64,000 nt of DNA, taken from the NCBI GenBank assembly GCA_044507815.1, contig JBIQIX010000001.1, positions 207,124 through 271,123 of the forward strand, given 5' to 3'. The position numbers and the translations under genes are program-made. Every line of letters begins with the position of its first letter. Position 1 is the stretch's first letter. The notes beneath the pieces were generated by a model. It saw only the letters and a list, made by a program, of their open reading frames with translations, was not told the origin of the DNA and ran no database searches. This stretch comes from Flavobacteriales bacterium. GTDB lineage: Bacteria > Bacteroidota > Bacteroidia > Flavobacteriales_F > PHOS-HE28. Below, one piece after another: positions 17,922 through 28,039 of the stretch.

Positions 17922-18367
17922 CGCCCGCGGTCCATGTCACGTTTCAGGTCCTTGGCCTTAATGCTCTCGCGCTTGTCGTAGGTCTTTTTCCCCTTGGCCA
18001 GCGCGATCTCCACCTTCACCATGCCATTCTTCGCGAAGTAGGCGCGTACCGGCACCAGCGTTATGCCTTGGTCCTTCAGCTTGCGCTGGAGCTTGTTCAT
18101 TTCCTTGCGGTGCAGCAGCAGCTTGCGGTCGCGCACCGGTTCATGGGCGAAGTTCTTGGCCTTTTCGTAAGGCTGGATGGCCATGTTTCGCAGATACAGC
18201 TCCTCGCCGATGAAGGTGCAGAACGCCTCGGTGATGCTGGCATTCCCCGCGCGGATGCTTTTCACCTCGCTGCCCACCAGCACCACACCGCACTCGAACG
18301 TTTCAAGGAAGAAATAATCGAACGCGGCCCGGCGGTTCTTGATCTCGGGCATGACGGGTGCGGCCAT
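17918..18367 (-). CDS. smpB: SsrA-binding protein
   Basis: …NRRAAFDYFFLETFECGVVLVGSEVKSIR… canonical SmpB; overlaps upstream gene by 4 nt. Confidence 0.85.
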   Translation of the reverse strand: MAAPVMPEIKNRRAAFDYFFLETFECGVVLVGSEVKSIRAGNASITEAFCTFIGEELYLRNMAIQPYEKAKNFAHEPVRDRKLLLHRKEMNKLQRKLKDQGITLVPVRAYFAKNGMVKVEIALAKGKKTYDKRESIKAKDLKRDMDRGR

Positions 18368-18392
18368 GGTGCGAAGATGCGAACGATGCGCC

Positions 18393-19247
18393 TCAACTGT
18401 TCGCGCCCGGCCCGCCGGTCCATTCGATCGCGTCGGGCAACAGCTTTATGCGGCGCGCCTTGTACAAGGCGCCCACGGCCTGTTTGAAGGCCTTCTTGCT
18501 CAACCCGAAAGCGGACCGGATTTCCTGCGGGCTGCTTTTGTCGGTGTAGGGAAGCCTGCCGCCGCTGGCTTGCAGTTTTTCCGCCAGCAATTGCACGTTG
18601 GCATCGTTGTAGTGCTGGTAGCCCAAGGGCTGCACGCTGATGTCCAGCTTATGGTCGGGCCGTATGTGCTTGATGTAGGCGTTGAACCGGTCGCCCGCGC
18701 GGATGTCGCGGTGCACGTCGCTGTGGTGCAGCAGCCCCCGGTGCTTGCCGTTCACCGCCACCGACCAGCCTAGTTCGCTGCGGTGGTAGGGGATCACCTG
18801 CACTTCGTCGCCTTCGGCCACCTGCAATTCGCTGTTGTCCAGGAAGCGGTCGATGCGCGAACTGCCGTAGAGCCGGTCGGTCTTGCGGTCCAGCGCCATG
18901 TACACCACGTAGCTGCGGCCTGCCTGCATGCGCTCCTGTTGCTCGGCGAAGGGAACCAGCAGGTCCTTTTCCAGGCCGATCCGGGCGAAGGCGCCGGTGC
19001 GGTTGACGGCGGTAATGGGCAACAGGGCCAGTTGGCCCGGCAGCAAGGCCGGCCGCTGGGTGGTGGCCACCTGCCGATCCTCGGAGTCGCGGTAAACGAA
19101 CACTTCCATGGGGTCGCCGATGCGGAAGTCGGGCGGAACGTATTTGTTGGGCAACAGCACCTCGTTGCCGTCAGCATCGGCCAGGTACAGGCCCATGGGC
19201 GCCTGGCGCCGCACCGCAAGGGTTTGTATGTGGCCGGTCCTGATCAC
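18393..19247 (-). CDS. S1-domain RNA-binding protein (CvfB/YitL family)
   Basis: Three S1-like segments and C-terminal winged-helix typical of CvfB-family proteins. Confidence 0.55.
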   Translation of the reverse strand: MIRTGHIQTLAVRRQAPMGLYLADADGNEVLLPNKYVPPDFRIGDPMEVFVYRDSEDRQVATTQRPALLPGQLALLPITAVNRTGAFARIGLEKDLLVPFAEQQERMQAGRSYVVYMALDRKTDRLYGSSRIDRFLDNSELQVAEGDEVQVIPYHRSELGWSVAVNGKHRGLLHHSDVHRDIRAGDRFNAYIKHIRPDHKLDISVQPLGYQHYNDANVQLLAEKLQASGGRLPYTDKSSPQEIRSAFGLSKKAFKQAVGALYKARRIKLLPDAIEWTGGPGANS

Positions 19248-21433
19248 TTTTCTGCGGTGCTTTCCTCTTCTTCCTGCCCGTCGGTGGTTTCCTTCTTGAA
19301 AATACTGCCGATGGTCTTGCCGATCTTCTGCACGGCATCGATGCCGATGTGGAGCGGTTCGGCAGAAATGCCGGAGTAATCCTCAATACCGTGGTAGTCG
19401 CTGTACTGTTGCGGGTACACCACCACGCGGTTGTTGGTGGCGAAATACTTCTCCAGCTTGGGCGGCACCTTTTCCAGCTCGCTCATGAAGGAGGCGGCAC
19501 CGCGGCGGGCGGACACAAGGATGAAGACATCCGTTTCGCGGACGCTGCGCGAAAGGATCAGGAAATCCTCCCATTCATCGAACGGCACCACCGACAGCGG
19601 TGCGGTGGACTTCAGGCGCTCCATGGCCTTCATCACGGCCTTGCCGGTGGTGGCGTTGCAGTGCATGATCAGCGGCACGGTGAGTTCCTGCGCCAACTGC
19701 GCCACCTTGGCCACCCACAGCTCGAAGCCTTTTTCGTACTCGGCCAAGGGCGGCACGGCACAAACGATCCGCTTGTGGGCCACCAGGGGCTGCTCGAAAT
19801 GCCCCACGAACACGGTCTTGTCCACGTTCTGGAGGATCACATCGAGCTTGTCGCCGAGGTAGCGGTCGAAGAAGCCTGTTTTTTGCGGCCAGCCCAGCAC
19901 GATGATGTCGGACATGAGCTCGCGTGACATGCGCAGTATGCCGCTGGCCACGTTGTGGTCTATGGTCGTCACCACTTTCAGCTTCGTTTCCGAGGCGGCG
20001 GCCTGGCGCACGTAGGCATCGAGCTTGTTGCGCGCCTTCAGGATGTTCATTTCCGCCTCGGCGTTGTTGGACACCACGGTGAGCACGGAGATGGGGTTGG
20101 GCGAACGCTTGTCCTTGATGTAGATGGCGAACTCCATGAGTTTCTCCATCATGGCCGTGGTGGGGCTGGGCACCAGGATGTGCTCGGTGGGCTGGCCATT
20201 GGCGGGCACCAGGTCCGAGCCGTCGTCGGGTGTTTCCTGAATGATCTTCTTGGCCGCTTTTTCCGTGGCGAACGAGGCCACCATGCAGGTGATGAGGATC
20301 AGCAGGATGGTGCCGTTGAGGATGGCGTCGTCGAGGATGTTCTCGCGGTAGCCCACCAGGATCACGGCCAGGGTGGCGGCGGCGTGGGCGCCGCTGAGGC
20401 CGAAGATCAACCCGCGCTGCGCGTTGCTGAATTTGAAGGTGACCTGGGTGAGCCAGGCGGCCAGCCATTTGCCGGTGATGGCCACCACCGAAAGCGTGCC
20501 GGCCACGATCAGGGCCATGGGGCCGTGGGTAAGCACGCTCACGTCCACCAGCATGCCCACGCTGATCAGGAAGAAGGGGATGAAAAGCGAATTGCCGATG
20601 AACTCAATGCGGTTCATCAGGGCCGAGGAATGTGGGATCAACTTGTTCAGGGCAAGGCCCGCCACGAAGGCGCCGATGATGGCCTCCACCCCCGCCAGCT
20701 CCGCCAGGAAGGCCGCGAGGAACACCACGGTGAGCACGAAGATGTAGTGCGAGTGCTTCTCATTCTCCAGCTTGCGGAAGAACCACTTCGCCACCGGCGG
20801 GATCACCAGGAACATGATGGCGGAGAATACCGCCAGTGAAATGCCCAGCTTCACCCAGAAATCGCCATCCAGCGTGCCCTGGCTGCTGCCGATGATCACC
20901 GCCAGGATGATCAGCACGGCCGTGTCCGTGAGGATGGTGCCCCCAACGGTCACCGCCACGGCCTGGTTCTTCGAAACGCCCAGCCGGCTTACAATGGGGT
21001 AGGCCACCAAGGTGTGCGTGGCGAACATGCTGGCGGTAAGGAAGGCCGCATTGAAATCGTAGCCGAGCAGGAAGTGGCACACCGGATAGCCCACCGCCAA
21101 CGGGATGGCGAAGGTGAACAGGCCGAAGACCAGGCTTTTGTTGCGGTTGGCCTTGAACTCGTTGAGGTCCAGCTCCAGGCCCGCGATGAACATGATGTAG
21201 AGCAGGCCGATGGTGGAGAAGAGGTCGATCGCCGAGTTCTTGTCCAACAGGTGTATGCCATAGGGGCCGATGATCACCCCGGAAATGATCAGGCCGATAA
21301 TGCCCGGGATGTTCAAACGCTTGAGCAGGATCGGCGAGAGCAGGATGATCGTCAGGATCAACGCGAAAACAAGCACCGGGTTCTGCAGCGGCAAATGGAA
21401 ATGGCGCAGGATGGGGTCGAGGTATTCACTCAC
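19244..21433 (-). CDS. CPA2-family cation:proton antiporter with C-terminal regulatory domain
   Basis: 12-13 TM Na_H_Exchanger core (…GLELDL…) followed by ~300-aa soluble domain. Confidence 0.7.
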   Translation of the reverse strand: MSEYLDPILRHFHLPLQNPVLVFALILTIILLSPILLKRLNIPGIIGLIISGVIIGPYGIHLLDKNSAIDLFSTIGLLYIMFIAGLELDLNEFKANRNKSLVFGLFTFAIPLAVGYPVCHFLLGYDFNAAFLTASMFATHTLVAYPIVSRLGVSKNQAVAVTVGGTILTDTAVLIILAVIIGSSQGTLDGDFWVKLGISLAVFSAIMFLVIPPVAKWFFRKLENEKHSHYIFVLTVVFLAAFLAELAGVEAIIGAFVAGLALNKLIPHSSALMNRIEFIGNSLFIPFFLISVGMLVDVSVLTHGPMALIVAGTLSVVAITGKWLAAWLTQVTFKFSNAQRGLIFGLSGAHAAATLAVILVGYRENILDDAILNGTILLILITCMVASFATEKAAKKIIQETPDDGSDLVPANGQPTEHILVPSPTTAMMEKLMEFAIYIKDKRSPNPISVLTVVSNNAEAEMNILKARNKLDAYVRQAAASETKLKVVTTIDHNVASGILRMSRELMSDIIVLGWPQKTGFFDRYLGDKLDVILQNVDKTVFVGHFEQPLVAHKRIVCAVPPLAEYEKGFELWVAKVAQLAQELTVPLIMHCNATTGKAVMKAMERLKSTAPLSVVPFDEWEDFLILSRSVRETDVFILVSARRGAASFMSELEKVPPKLEKYFATNNRVVVYPQQYSDYHGIEDYSGISAEPLHIGIDAVQKIGKTIGSIFKKETTDGQEEEESTAEK

Positions 21434-21549
21434 GATCGGGGAGGTATGTTGGGTTGCGCCAAGGCCGCGGCGGGGATGGCGTGCTTAGGGGTGTAAATAT
21501 AGTTTGGCCCTTTTGGGCCTCTTGGCCGGATGGGCCGCTGCCGGCGGGC

Positions 21550-22095
21550 CTAAAGGGAAAGGCAACCGCGGAAGCCACGGGCCGCGTAGTACGATTGCGC
21601 GCCGTTGTGGTACACGAAAACGCGGCCATAGCGGCGATCGCCGAAAATGGCCCCGCCCTGGGCCCGGACCTCGTCCGGTGTTTTCAACCAACTGGAGGTC
21701 TTTTGGTCGAACATGCCATACTGCTGAAGCTGGTAGTACTGGTCCTCGGTGAGCAGTTCGATGCCTATGGCCGCTGCCTGTTCCACGGCATTGCCGGCAG
21801 GCCGGTGCTCCTTGCGCGAAAGCCAGCCCGCGTGGTCGTAGCAAAGGCTCCGGCGGCCCGCAGGCGATTCCGGCGAGCAATCGATGTACACGACCTGCCC
21901 TTCGTGCCCGTCCAGCTCCACCACATCGGGTTCGCCGCCGCTTTGCTCCATGGCCAATAAGGCATGCAGCTTGGCCGGGTGGGCCTTCAACCGGCCTTCC
22001 ACCGTTTTCCATTCGGTGCGCGGATGCCTGGCGGCGTGCGCGGTGAATCGCCTTTTCAATACTTCAAGCAGCTTCGTGTTGTCCAATACCTGCAT
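21550..22095 (-). CDS. DUF4256-family protein
   Basis: ~180-aa conserved hypothetical; start re-picked at MQVLDNTKLLE (cat 22093-22095). Confidence 0.45.
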   Translation of the reverse strand: MQVLDNTKLLEVLKRRFTAHAARHPRTEWKTVEGRLKAHPAKLHALLAMEQSGGEPDVVELDGHEGQVVYIDCSPESPAGRRSLCYDHAGWLSRKEHRPAGNAVEQAAAIGIELLTEDQYYQLQQYGMFDQKTSSWLKTPDEVRAQGGAIFGDRRYGRVFVYHNGAQSYYAARGFRGCLSL

Positions 22096-22172
22096 GTTCC
22101 GGTTGCGTTTTTGTGCACCGAATGTACTCGTCATGTGCCCTGGCCCCGCGATCCAGCATCGCCCTGCCGGGC

Positions 22173-23057
22173 CTATCCGAATTTGAAGGAGGTCATGGTA
22201 AGCGAGCCGGCCACGGACTTGTCGTTGAACACGGCCACTTCGTCTCGGGCATCCTTCAATGCCATAGTGTACAACAGCGGCAGGAAATGTTCCGGAGTGG
22301 GTATGGCCAGGTCAAAGGCGCGGCCTTGCGCCCTGAAATCGATCAGGGGCCGGCTGTCGCCGGCAAGTACGAGCTGTTTCATGCGTTCGTTGGCTTCCTC
22401 GGCCCAGTCGAAGGCAAAGGGCTCGCCGTGCAGCTTGTCCCAGGCCACCAGGCCCAGGTTGTGCACGATGTTCCCGCTTCCGATGATCAGCACCCCTTTA
22501 TTGCGTAGGGCCGCCAATTCCTGCGCCAGCCCAAAATGGCGGTGTGGAGGCAAGGTGTGGTCGAGGCTGAGCTGCACCACGGGCACGTCCGCATCGGGGT
22601 ACAGGTGCCTGATCACGCTCCAGGCCCCATGGTCCAGGCCCCATTTGTGGTCAAGCGCCACATCGCTGGTGCGCACCATTTGTTTCAGCGCCCCAGCCAA
22701 CTCGGGACTGCCGGGCGCGGGGTATTGCACCTCTGAGAGCGCCTTCGGGAAACCCCGGAAATCGTGTATGGTGGGCGGTTGCGGCATCGCTGTCACCATG
22801 GTGCCGCGGGTTTCCCAGTGGGCCGAGATGCAGAGGATGGCCTTCGGCTTTTCCAGCTCGTTGCCCAGCCGCTTGAAACTTTTGGTGAATGCATTGTCCT
22901 CGATGGCGTTCATGGGACTTCCATGGCCGAGGAAAAGCACCGGCATTTTGCTTGTGTTGCCCAAGGAGCCGGCGAACTTGGCCAGGGCGTGCAGGTTCAT
23001 TGTTTTTGCTGCCAATGGCGCCAGGGCCATCAGCCTTAAGAATTTGTGTCGTTCCAT
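22173..23057 (-). CDS. class III extradiol ring-cleavage dioxygenase (4,5-DOPA dioxygenase YgiD-like)
   Basis: …VLFLGHGSPMNAIEDN…ISAHWET…HFLPLLY… typical LigB/YgiD pattern; N-terminal secretion-like leader. Confidence 0.65.
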   Translation of the reverse strand: MERHKFLRLMALAPLAAKTMNLHALAKFAGSLGNTSKMPVLFLGHGSPMNAIEDNAFTKSFKRLGNELEKPKAILCISAHWETRGTMVTAMPQPPTIHDFRGFPKALSEVQYPAPGSPELAGALKQMVRTSDVALDHKWGLDHGAWSVIRHLYPDADVPVVQLSLDHTLPPHRHFGLAQELAALRNKGVLIIGSGNIVHNLGLVAWDKLHGEPFAFDWAEEANERMKQLVLAGDSRPLIDFRAQGRAFDLAIPTPEHFLPLLYTMALKDARDEVAVFNDKSVAGSLTMTSFKFG

Positions 23058-23089
23058 GGAAATAATCGTGAAGATACGGGTGTGCGCCG

Positions 23090-24955
23090 TCACTTCACCA
23101 CCAGCACGGGCACGTTCACGCGGTGGCGCACGGCATCCACGGTGGCACCGAGGAAAAGGTCCTTCAACCCGCGGTGGCCATGCGAGCCCATCACCAGCAG
23201 CCCGGCGCCGCTCTTGTTCACCAGTTCGGGTATGGCCACCACGGGGCTGCCGTGGCCGATGGCCGCCCGTGCATCGTAACCCGCGTCGCGGAGCTTACCG
23301 GCATACTGCTCCAGGTTGTTCGCATCGTCCACGGCCTCGCGGTCGCCGGTTAATTTGCCCAGGTACCGCGCTGCGGCGCTTTCGGTCACGTGCAACAACA
23401 GGTACGCCGCCTGCCTGCCGCCCTGGGCAATGGCGGCGTTGATCACCTTTTCATCCAGCGGCCTGAATTCCACGGTAATGGCGATGAGCTTGGGCGGTGC
23501 CACGGCGCTCAGCCGCAGGTCGGGCATTTCGGCATCGATGTGGCCATGCGCGGCCTTCCAGCGGGCGAAGAAGGGTTTTATGGTGATGTACGCCAGCAGT
23601 ACCGCCGCCAGCACCGTCACCGGTATGGCCAGGTATTTCACCCAGGGCACATGCGGGCCCCCACTATGCAGCCAGCCACCGATCTCATCCACCACCAGCA
23701 TGGCGTTCAGCAGCACGATCATGAGTGCCACGCCCCACGCCAATGCCTGTGTCCACGGCTTGATCACCCATTCGCCCATGCGGTGCTTGTCCGAGGTGAA
23801 ATGGATCAGCGGGATCACGGCAAAGCCGAGCTGAAGGCTCAGCACCACTTGGCTGAACACGAGCAGCTGGCCCAAGGATTCCTCACCGAACCAGAGAATG
23901 CTGATGATGGCGGGCACAATGGCCAAAAGCCGGGTGATCAGCCGCCGCAGCCATGGCCGGATGCGCAGGTTGAGGTAGCCCTCCATGACGATCTGCCCGG
24001 CCAGGGTGCCGGTTATGGTGCTGCTCTGGCCGGCGCCGATCAGGGCCAGGGCGAACAGCGCGGGGGCCAGGTCGCCGAAGATCTCGCCCAGCAATTGGTG
24101 CGCCTGATCGATCTCCACCACATCGAAATGGCCTGCGGTGTGGAAAGCCGCAGCGGCCAGCACCAAGATGGCGGCATTGACGAAGAACGCAAGGTTGAGC
24201 GCGATGGCGGTATCGAAGAAGTTGAAGCGGATGGCCTCGCGCATGCCCGCCCGCGTGCGCTCGTAACGCCGCGTTTGCACCAGCGAGCTGTGCAGGTACA
24301 GGTTGTGCGGCATTACCGTGGCACCGATGATGCCGATGGCGATGTACAGTTCCTTGCCGGACAAGGCCGAGGGCACCAGGCCCGCCAACACTTCCGCCGG
24401 CCGCGGCTGGGCAATGAACATTTCCACCAGGAAGGCCGTGCCGATCAGGCCCACCATGCCCACGATGAAAGCCTCCATCCACCGCATGCCCTTGTTCAGG
24501 AGCAACAGGATCAGCAGCGTATCCAGCCCGGAGATGATCACGCCCCAGGCCAGGGGCAGGCCAAGCAGCAGGTTGAGGCCGATGGCCAACCCGATCACCT
24601 CGGCCAGGTCGCAGGCGGCGATGGCGATCTCGGCCAGCACGTACAACGGCATGTTTACCACGGCGGGGTAGGTGTGGCGGCTGGCCTGCGCCAGATCGAG
24701 GCCGCGCACGATGCCCAGGCGCGCGCTGAGGCTTTGCAGCAACAGCGCCATAAGGTTGCTCATCAGCAGCACCCACAGCAGCTTGTAACCGAAGGCGCTG
24801 CCCCCGGCAATGTCGGTGGCCCAGTTGCCGGGGTCCATGTAGCCCACGCTGATCAGGTACGCCGGGCCGAGGAAGGCGAAAATGCGCCGCCAACCCTTGG
24901 CCTTCGGGATCTCCACGCTGGAGTGCACCTCGCCCAGCGAACGGCTATACGGCAT
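23090..24955 (-). CDS. mntH: NRAMP-family Mn2+/Fe2+ transporter fused to C-terminal universal stress protein (UspA) domain
   Basis: GPAYLISVGYMDPGNWATD…MPHNLYLHS NRAMP motifs; last ~140 aa …LLVMGSHGHRGLKDLFLGATVDAVRHRVNVPVLVVK = Usp fold; start re-picked at MPYSRSL (cat 24953-24955). Confidence 0.8.
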   Translation of the reverse strand: MPYSRSLGEVHSSVEIPKAKGWRRIFAFLGPAYLISVGYMDPGNWATDIAGGSAFGYKLLWVLLMSNLMALLLQSLSARLGIVRGLDLAQASRHTYPAVVNMPLYVLAEIAIAACDLAEVIGLAIGLNLLLGLPLAWGVIISGLDTLLILLLLNKGMRWMEAFIVGMVGLIGTAFLVEMFIAQPRPAEVLAGLVPSALSGKELYIAIGIIGATVMPHNLYLHSSLVQTRRYERTRAGMREAIRFNFFDTAIALNLAFFVNAAILVLAAAAFHTAGHFDVVEIDQAHQLLGEIFGDLAPALFALALIGAGQSSTITGTLAGQIVMEGYLNLRIRPWLRRLITRLLAIVPAIISILWFGEESLGQLLVFSQVVLSLQLGFAVIPLIHFTSDKHRMGEWVIKPWTQALAWGVALMIVLLNAMLVVDEIGGWLHSGGPHVPWVKYLAIPVTVLAAVLLAYITIKPFFARWKAAHGHIDAEMPDLRLSAVAPPKLIAITVEFRPLDEKVINAAIAQGGRQAAYLLLHVTESAAARYLGKLTGDREAVDDANNLEQYAGKLRDAGYDARAAIGHGSPVVAIPELVNKSGAGLLVMGSHGHRGLKDLFLGATVDAVRHRVNVPVLVVK

Positions 24956-25625
24956 GTGGCGTTGGTTTTTTCGCGGGTTCAACCAGCAAATGGCCCGCAA
25001 CCTGTGCCGAAAGCAGCACCAATGCATGGCCCGCACCGCGCAGCTCCATGCTGCCGTCAAAGGCATGCACCGCCTCCACCGTGTACACATCGCCTATGCG
25101 CATGCCCTTGCGGTCCAGCAATTGCAGCAATTGGTCGTTCCCTTGGTGCACCGCCACCAGGCGCACCGTTTTCCCGGTGGCCACCTCGCCCAGCGGCCCG
25201 GCCGCACGTTCGGGCAGCCGGCCGCGGCGGTCGGGTATGGGGTCGCCGTGCGGGTCGAACAGCGGGTCGCCGAGGAAATGGGCCAAACGGTCGGTGAGCA
25301 CGGCGCTTTGCACATGCTCGAGCTGCTCGGCCAGCTCGTGCACTTCATCCCAGCCGAACTGCAGGTGCTGTACCAGGAAGGTTTCCCACAACCGGTGCTT
25401 GCGCACGAGTTTCAATGCCTCGGCCCGGCCTTTGGGCGTGAGCTTCACGCCATAGTACGGCTCGTGCTTCAACAAGCCCTTTTCAGCCAGCTTCTTCAAC
25501 ATCACCGTTACGCTGCTGGGGCGTATGCCCAGGCGGTCGGCCACGTCCTTGGTGCCGGCGGGGGCACCCTCATCTTGCAGCCGGTGCACGGCCTTTATGT
25601 GGTCCTCCTCGCTACGGCTCAACAT
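24945..25625 (-). CDS. mntR: DtxR/MntR-family metal-dependent transcriptional regulator with C-terminal FeoA-like domain
   Basis: N-terminal wHTH (…EDHIKAVHRLQDEGAPAGTKDVADRLGIRPSSVTVMLKKL…), metal-binding helix, C-terminal SH3-like FeoA segment; overlaps mntH start. Confidence 0.75.
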   Translation of the reverse strand: MLSRSEEDHIKAVHRLQDEGAPAGTKDVADRLGIRPSSVTVMLKKLAEKGLLKHEPYYGVKLTPKGRAEALKLVRKHRLWETFLVQHLQFGWDEVHELAEQLEHVQSAVLTDRLAHFLGDPLFDPHGDPIPDRRGRLPERAAGPLGEVATGKTVRLVAVHQGNDQLLQLLDRKGMRIGDVYTVEAVHAFDGSMELRGAGHALVLLSAQVAGHLLVEPAKKPTPHAV

Positions 25626-25640
25626 GGGGCAAAATTCAAA

Positions 25641-25675
25641 TTGGGCATATCCAAATATCGGGCATCCTCATGCCC
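25641..25675. promoter_or_regulatory. candidate metalloregulator operator: three GGGCAT/ATGCCC half-sites including palindrome GGGCATcctcATGCCC
   Basis: TTGGGCATatccaaatatcGGGCATcctcATGCCC in the 150-bp divergent region between mntR and the TonB-dependent receptor. Confidence 0.3.
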
Positions 25676-25774
25676 ACGTCGGCAGGCCGGGTGAAGCTCT
25701 TTCCCGGCACGGGGCAAAGTTAACCACCTTTCAAATGAAAATTAGGGCCGACTAAAAAATACTTTCTTTGCGCC

Positions 25775-28024
25775 ATGGAAAAAGCAGCGTTCACCGCTTT
25801 CGCCGTGATGCTTGCCTGGTCGGTGCCGGCAACGGCGCAACAGGCTTGGGTGGCCGGGCAGGTAATGGATGGGAATGGCCCGGTTTCCTTTGCCAACGTG
25901 GCCGTGGAGGGCACACGTGCGGCCACGGCCAGCGATGGGGAGGGCAGGTTCGTCCTGGCGCTGGATGCTCCCGGCACCTATACGCTTGTTGTCGCATCCT
26001 TGGCGCATGAACGGTACACCAAGCAGTTCACGGTTGCCGACGGTGAGCGCAAGGAGCTTGGCCAGTTGGGGATCGGGTCCAACACACGGGCCCTCGACGC
26101 GGTCGTGGTAACGGGCGGCCCCAGGCCCATGCGCCGGTCCGATAGCCCAATTGCCGTGGAAGTGATCACGCCGGCCCTGTTCCGCAAGAATCCGGTGCCC
26201 ACGCTACTTGATGCCTTGGGCATGGTGAATGGTGTGCGGCCCCAGATCAATTGCAGCGTTTGCAGTACGGGCGATATTCATATCAACGGCATGGAAGGCC
26301 CCTATACTTTGGTGCTGATCGATGGCATGCCCATCGTAAGCGGGCTCAGTTCGGTCTACGGCCTCAGTGGCATCCCCACCAGCTTGATCGAGCAGGTGGA
26401 AGTGGTGAAGGGGCCGGGTTCCGCGCTGTACGGCAGCGAGGCCATGGGCGGGGTGATCAATGTGGTCACCCAGGATCCGGCCCTCGCTCCTAAAGCCGCT
26501 GCCGACCTGATGGCAACCACATGGAATGAGTACAGCATGGACCTCGGCGCGAGGCTGGGGAACGAGAAGGTTGCGGACCTGTTGGGCATAAGCTTGTTCC
26601 AATATGGTGACCCGCGCGACAACAACGGGGATGGATTCACGGATGCCACGTTGCAGGAACGCTTTTCCGTATTCAACAAACTACGGTTCAGGCGACCGAT
26701 GCGCCGTGTGGCGGATGTGGCAGGCCGGTACGTGCACGAAGACCGTTGGGGCGGCCAAATGGAATGGAACCCCGGCTTTGCCGGAAGCGACAGCATTTAC
26801 GGGGAGTACATACGAACGCGCCGTTGGGAGGTGATCGGGCAATATCAACTGCCCACCAAGGCAGAAGTGGTCCTCCAGTTCAGCGCCAATGGGCACGAAC
26901 AACGTTCGTTCTATGGTGAAACGGCCTACAATGCCGGACAGCACGTCCATTTCGGGCAACTGCATTGGAACAAGCGCGTGGGCATGCGGCACAGTTTGCT
27001 CAGCGGCCTGTCCATCCGGTATACTCGGTATGATGATGATACGCCTGCAACCTTTGATGCCCGTACCGGCCGCAATGCCCCTTCAACGCGCCTGTTGCCG
27101 GGTGTTTTCGTGCAGGATGAATGGACGCTGTCCGAAGCGCACAAGCTGCTTTTGGGCATGCGCGCGGATCATGACCGCGACCATGGTTGGGTGGCTTCGC
27201 CAAGGCTGGCCTACAAATGGAACCCAAGTGGCCGGTGGGCGGTGCGGGCCAACTTCGGCACGGGCTTCCGTGTGGTGAACCTGTTCACCGAGGAACATGC
27301 CGCGCTGTCCGGTTCGCGGCAGGTGGTGGTCGTCGAACGCCTCAGGCCGGAACGGTCGTTGAACGGGATGTTGAATGTTGTGCGCAAATGGCCGGGGGAG
27401 AAATGGTTCCTCGGGCTGGACGGTTCGGTCTTTCATTCCTATTACCACAACCAGATCCTGCCCGACTATACCACGGACCAAGCGCTGATCATCTATTCCA
27501 ACCTGAATGGGCATGCTGTTTCACGGGGTGCGAGCCTGAACGTGGAGGTCCGTGCCGGGGGCCGCTTGAACATGTTGGCAGGCGCCACCGTGCTGGAAGG
27601 ATACAGCAGGCGGGAGGGCCAGCGGCAGCAGCTCTACTTCGCCCCCCGTTGGTCAGGGAATTATGCGATCAGCTATAGCCTGCCGAAGGAATGGTCCGTG
27701 GACCTGACCGGCCAAATGGTGGGGCCGATGCGGCTTCCGGTACAGCCGTTCGACCATCGTCCGGAGTATTCCCCGCGGCATGCCCTGCTCAATATTCAGC
27801 TCAAGCATCGGTTGAACACGCAATGGGAAGTGTACGGTGGCGTGAAGAACCTGTTGGACTTCGTGCCGGCCGATCCCCTGATGCGCCCGTTCGACCCCTT
27901 CGACAAGCAGGTGGATGATCCGGTCGCGAATCCACATGGCCACGTGTTTGACCCATCGTATTCCTATGCGCCCTTGCAGGGTATAAGGGGCTTCGTGGGC
28001 GTGCGATGGGTCCTGGACCGATAA
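25775..28024 (+). CDS. TonB-dependent outer-membrane receptor with N-terminal carboxypeptidase-regulatory-like domain
   Basis: Signal peptide; plug-domain motifs (…VVVTGG…, …GSALYGSEAMGGVINVV…); C-terminal beta-barrel ending …GFVGVRWVLDR. Confidence 0.8.
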   Translation: MEKAAFTAFAVMLAWSVPATAQQAWVAGQVMDGNGPVSFANVAVEGTRAATASDGEGRFVLALDAPGTYTLVVASLAHERYTKQFTVADGERKELGQLGIGSNTRALDAVVVTGGPRPMRRSDSPIAVEVITPALFRKNPVPTLLDALGMVNGVRPQINCSVCSTGDIHINGMEGPYTLVLIDGMPIVSGLSSVYGLSGIPTSLIEQVEVVKGPGSALYGSEAMGGVINVVTQDPALAPKAAADLMATTWNEYSMDLGARLGNEKVADLLGISLFQYGDPRDNNGDGFTDATLQERFSVFNKLRFRRPMRRVADVAGRYVHEDRWGGQMEWNPGFAGSDSIYGEYIRTRRWEVIGQYQLPTKAEVVLQFSANGHEQRSFYGETAYNAGQHVHFGQLHWNKRVGMRHSLLSGLSIRYTRYDDDTPATFDARTGRNAPSTRLLPGVFVQDEWTLSEAHKLLLGMRADHDRDHGWVASPRLAYKWNPSGRWAVRANFGTGFRVVNLFTEEHAALSGSRQVVVVERLRPERSLNGMLNVVRKWPGEKWFLGLDGSVFHSYYHNQILPDYTTDQALIIYSNLNGHAVSRGASLNVEVRAGGRLNMLAGATVLEGYSRREGQRQQLYFAPRWSGNYAISYSLPKEWSVDLTGQMVGPMRLPVQPFDHRPEYSPRHALLNIQLKHRLNTQWEVYGGVKNLLDFVPADPLMRPFDPFDKQVDDPVANPHGHVFDPSYSYAPLQGIRGFVGVRWVLDR

Positions 28025-28039
28025 AGAAGCCCTTCCACA

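Noticed and set aside
23390-25297. 635-aa plus-strand ORF
   Set aside because: Antisense shadow of mntH/mntR; low-complexity Gly/Ala/His/Arg-rich translation.
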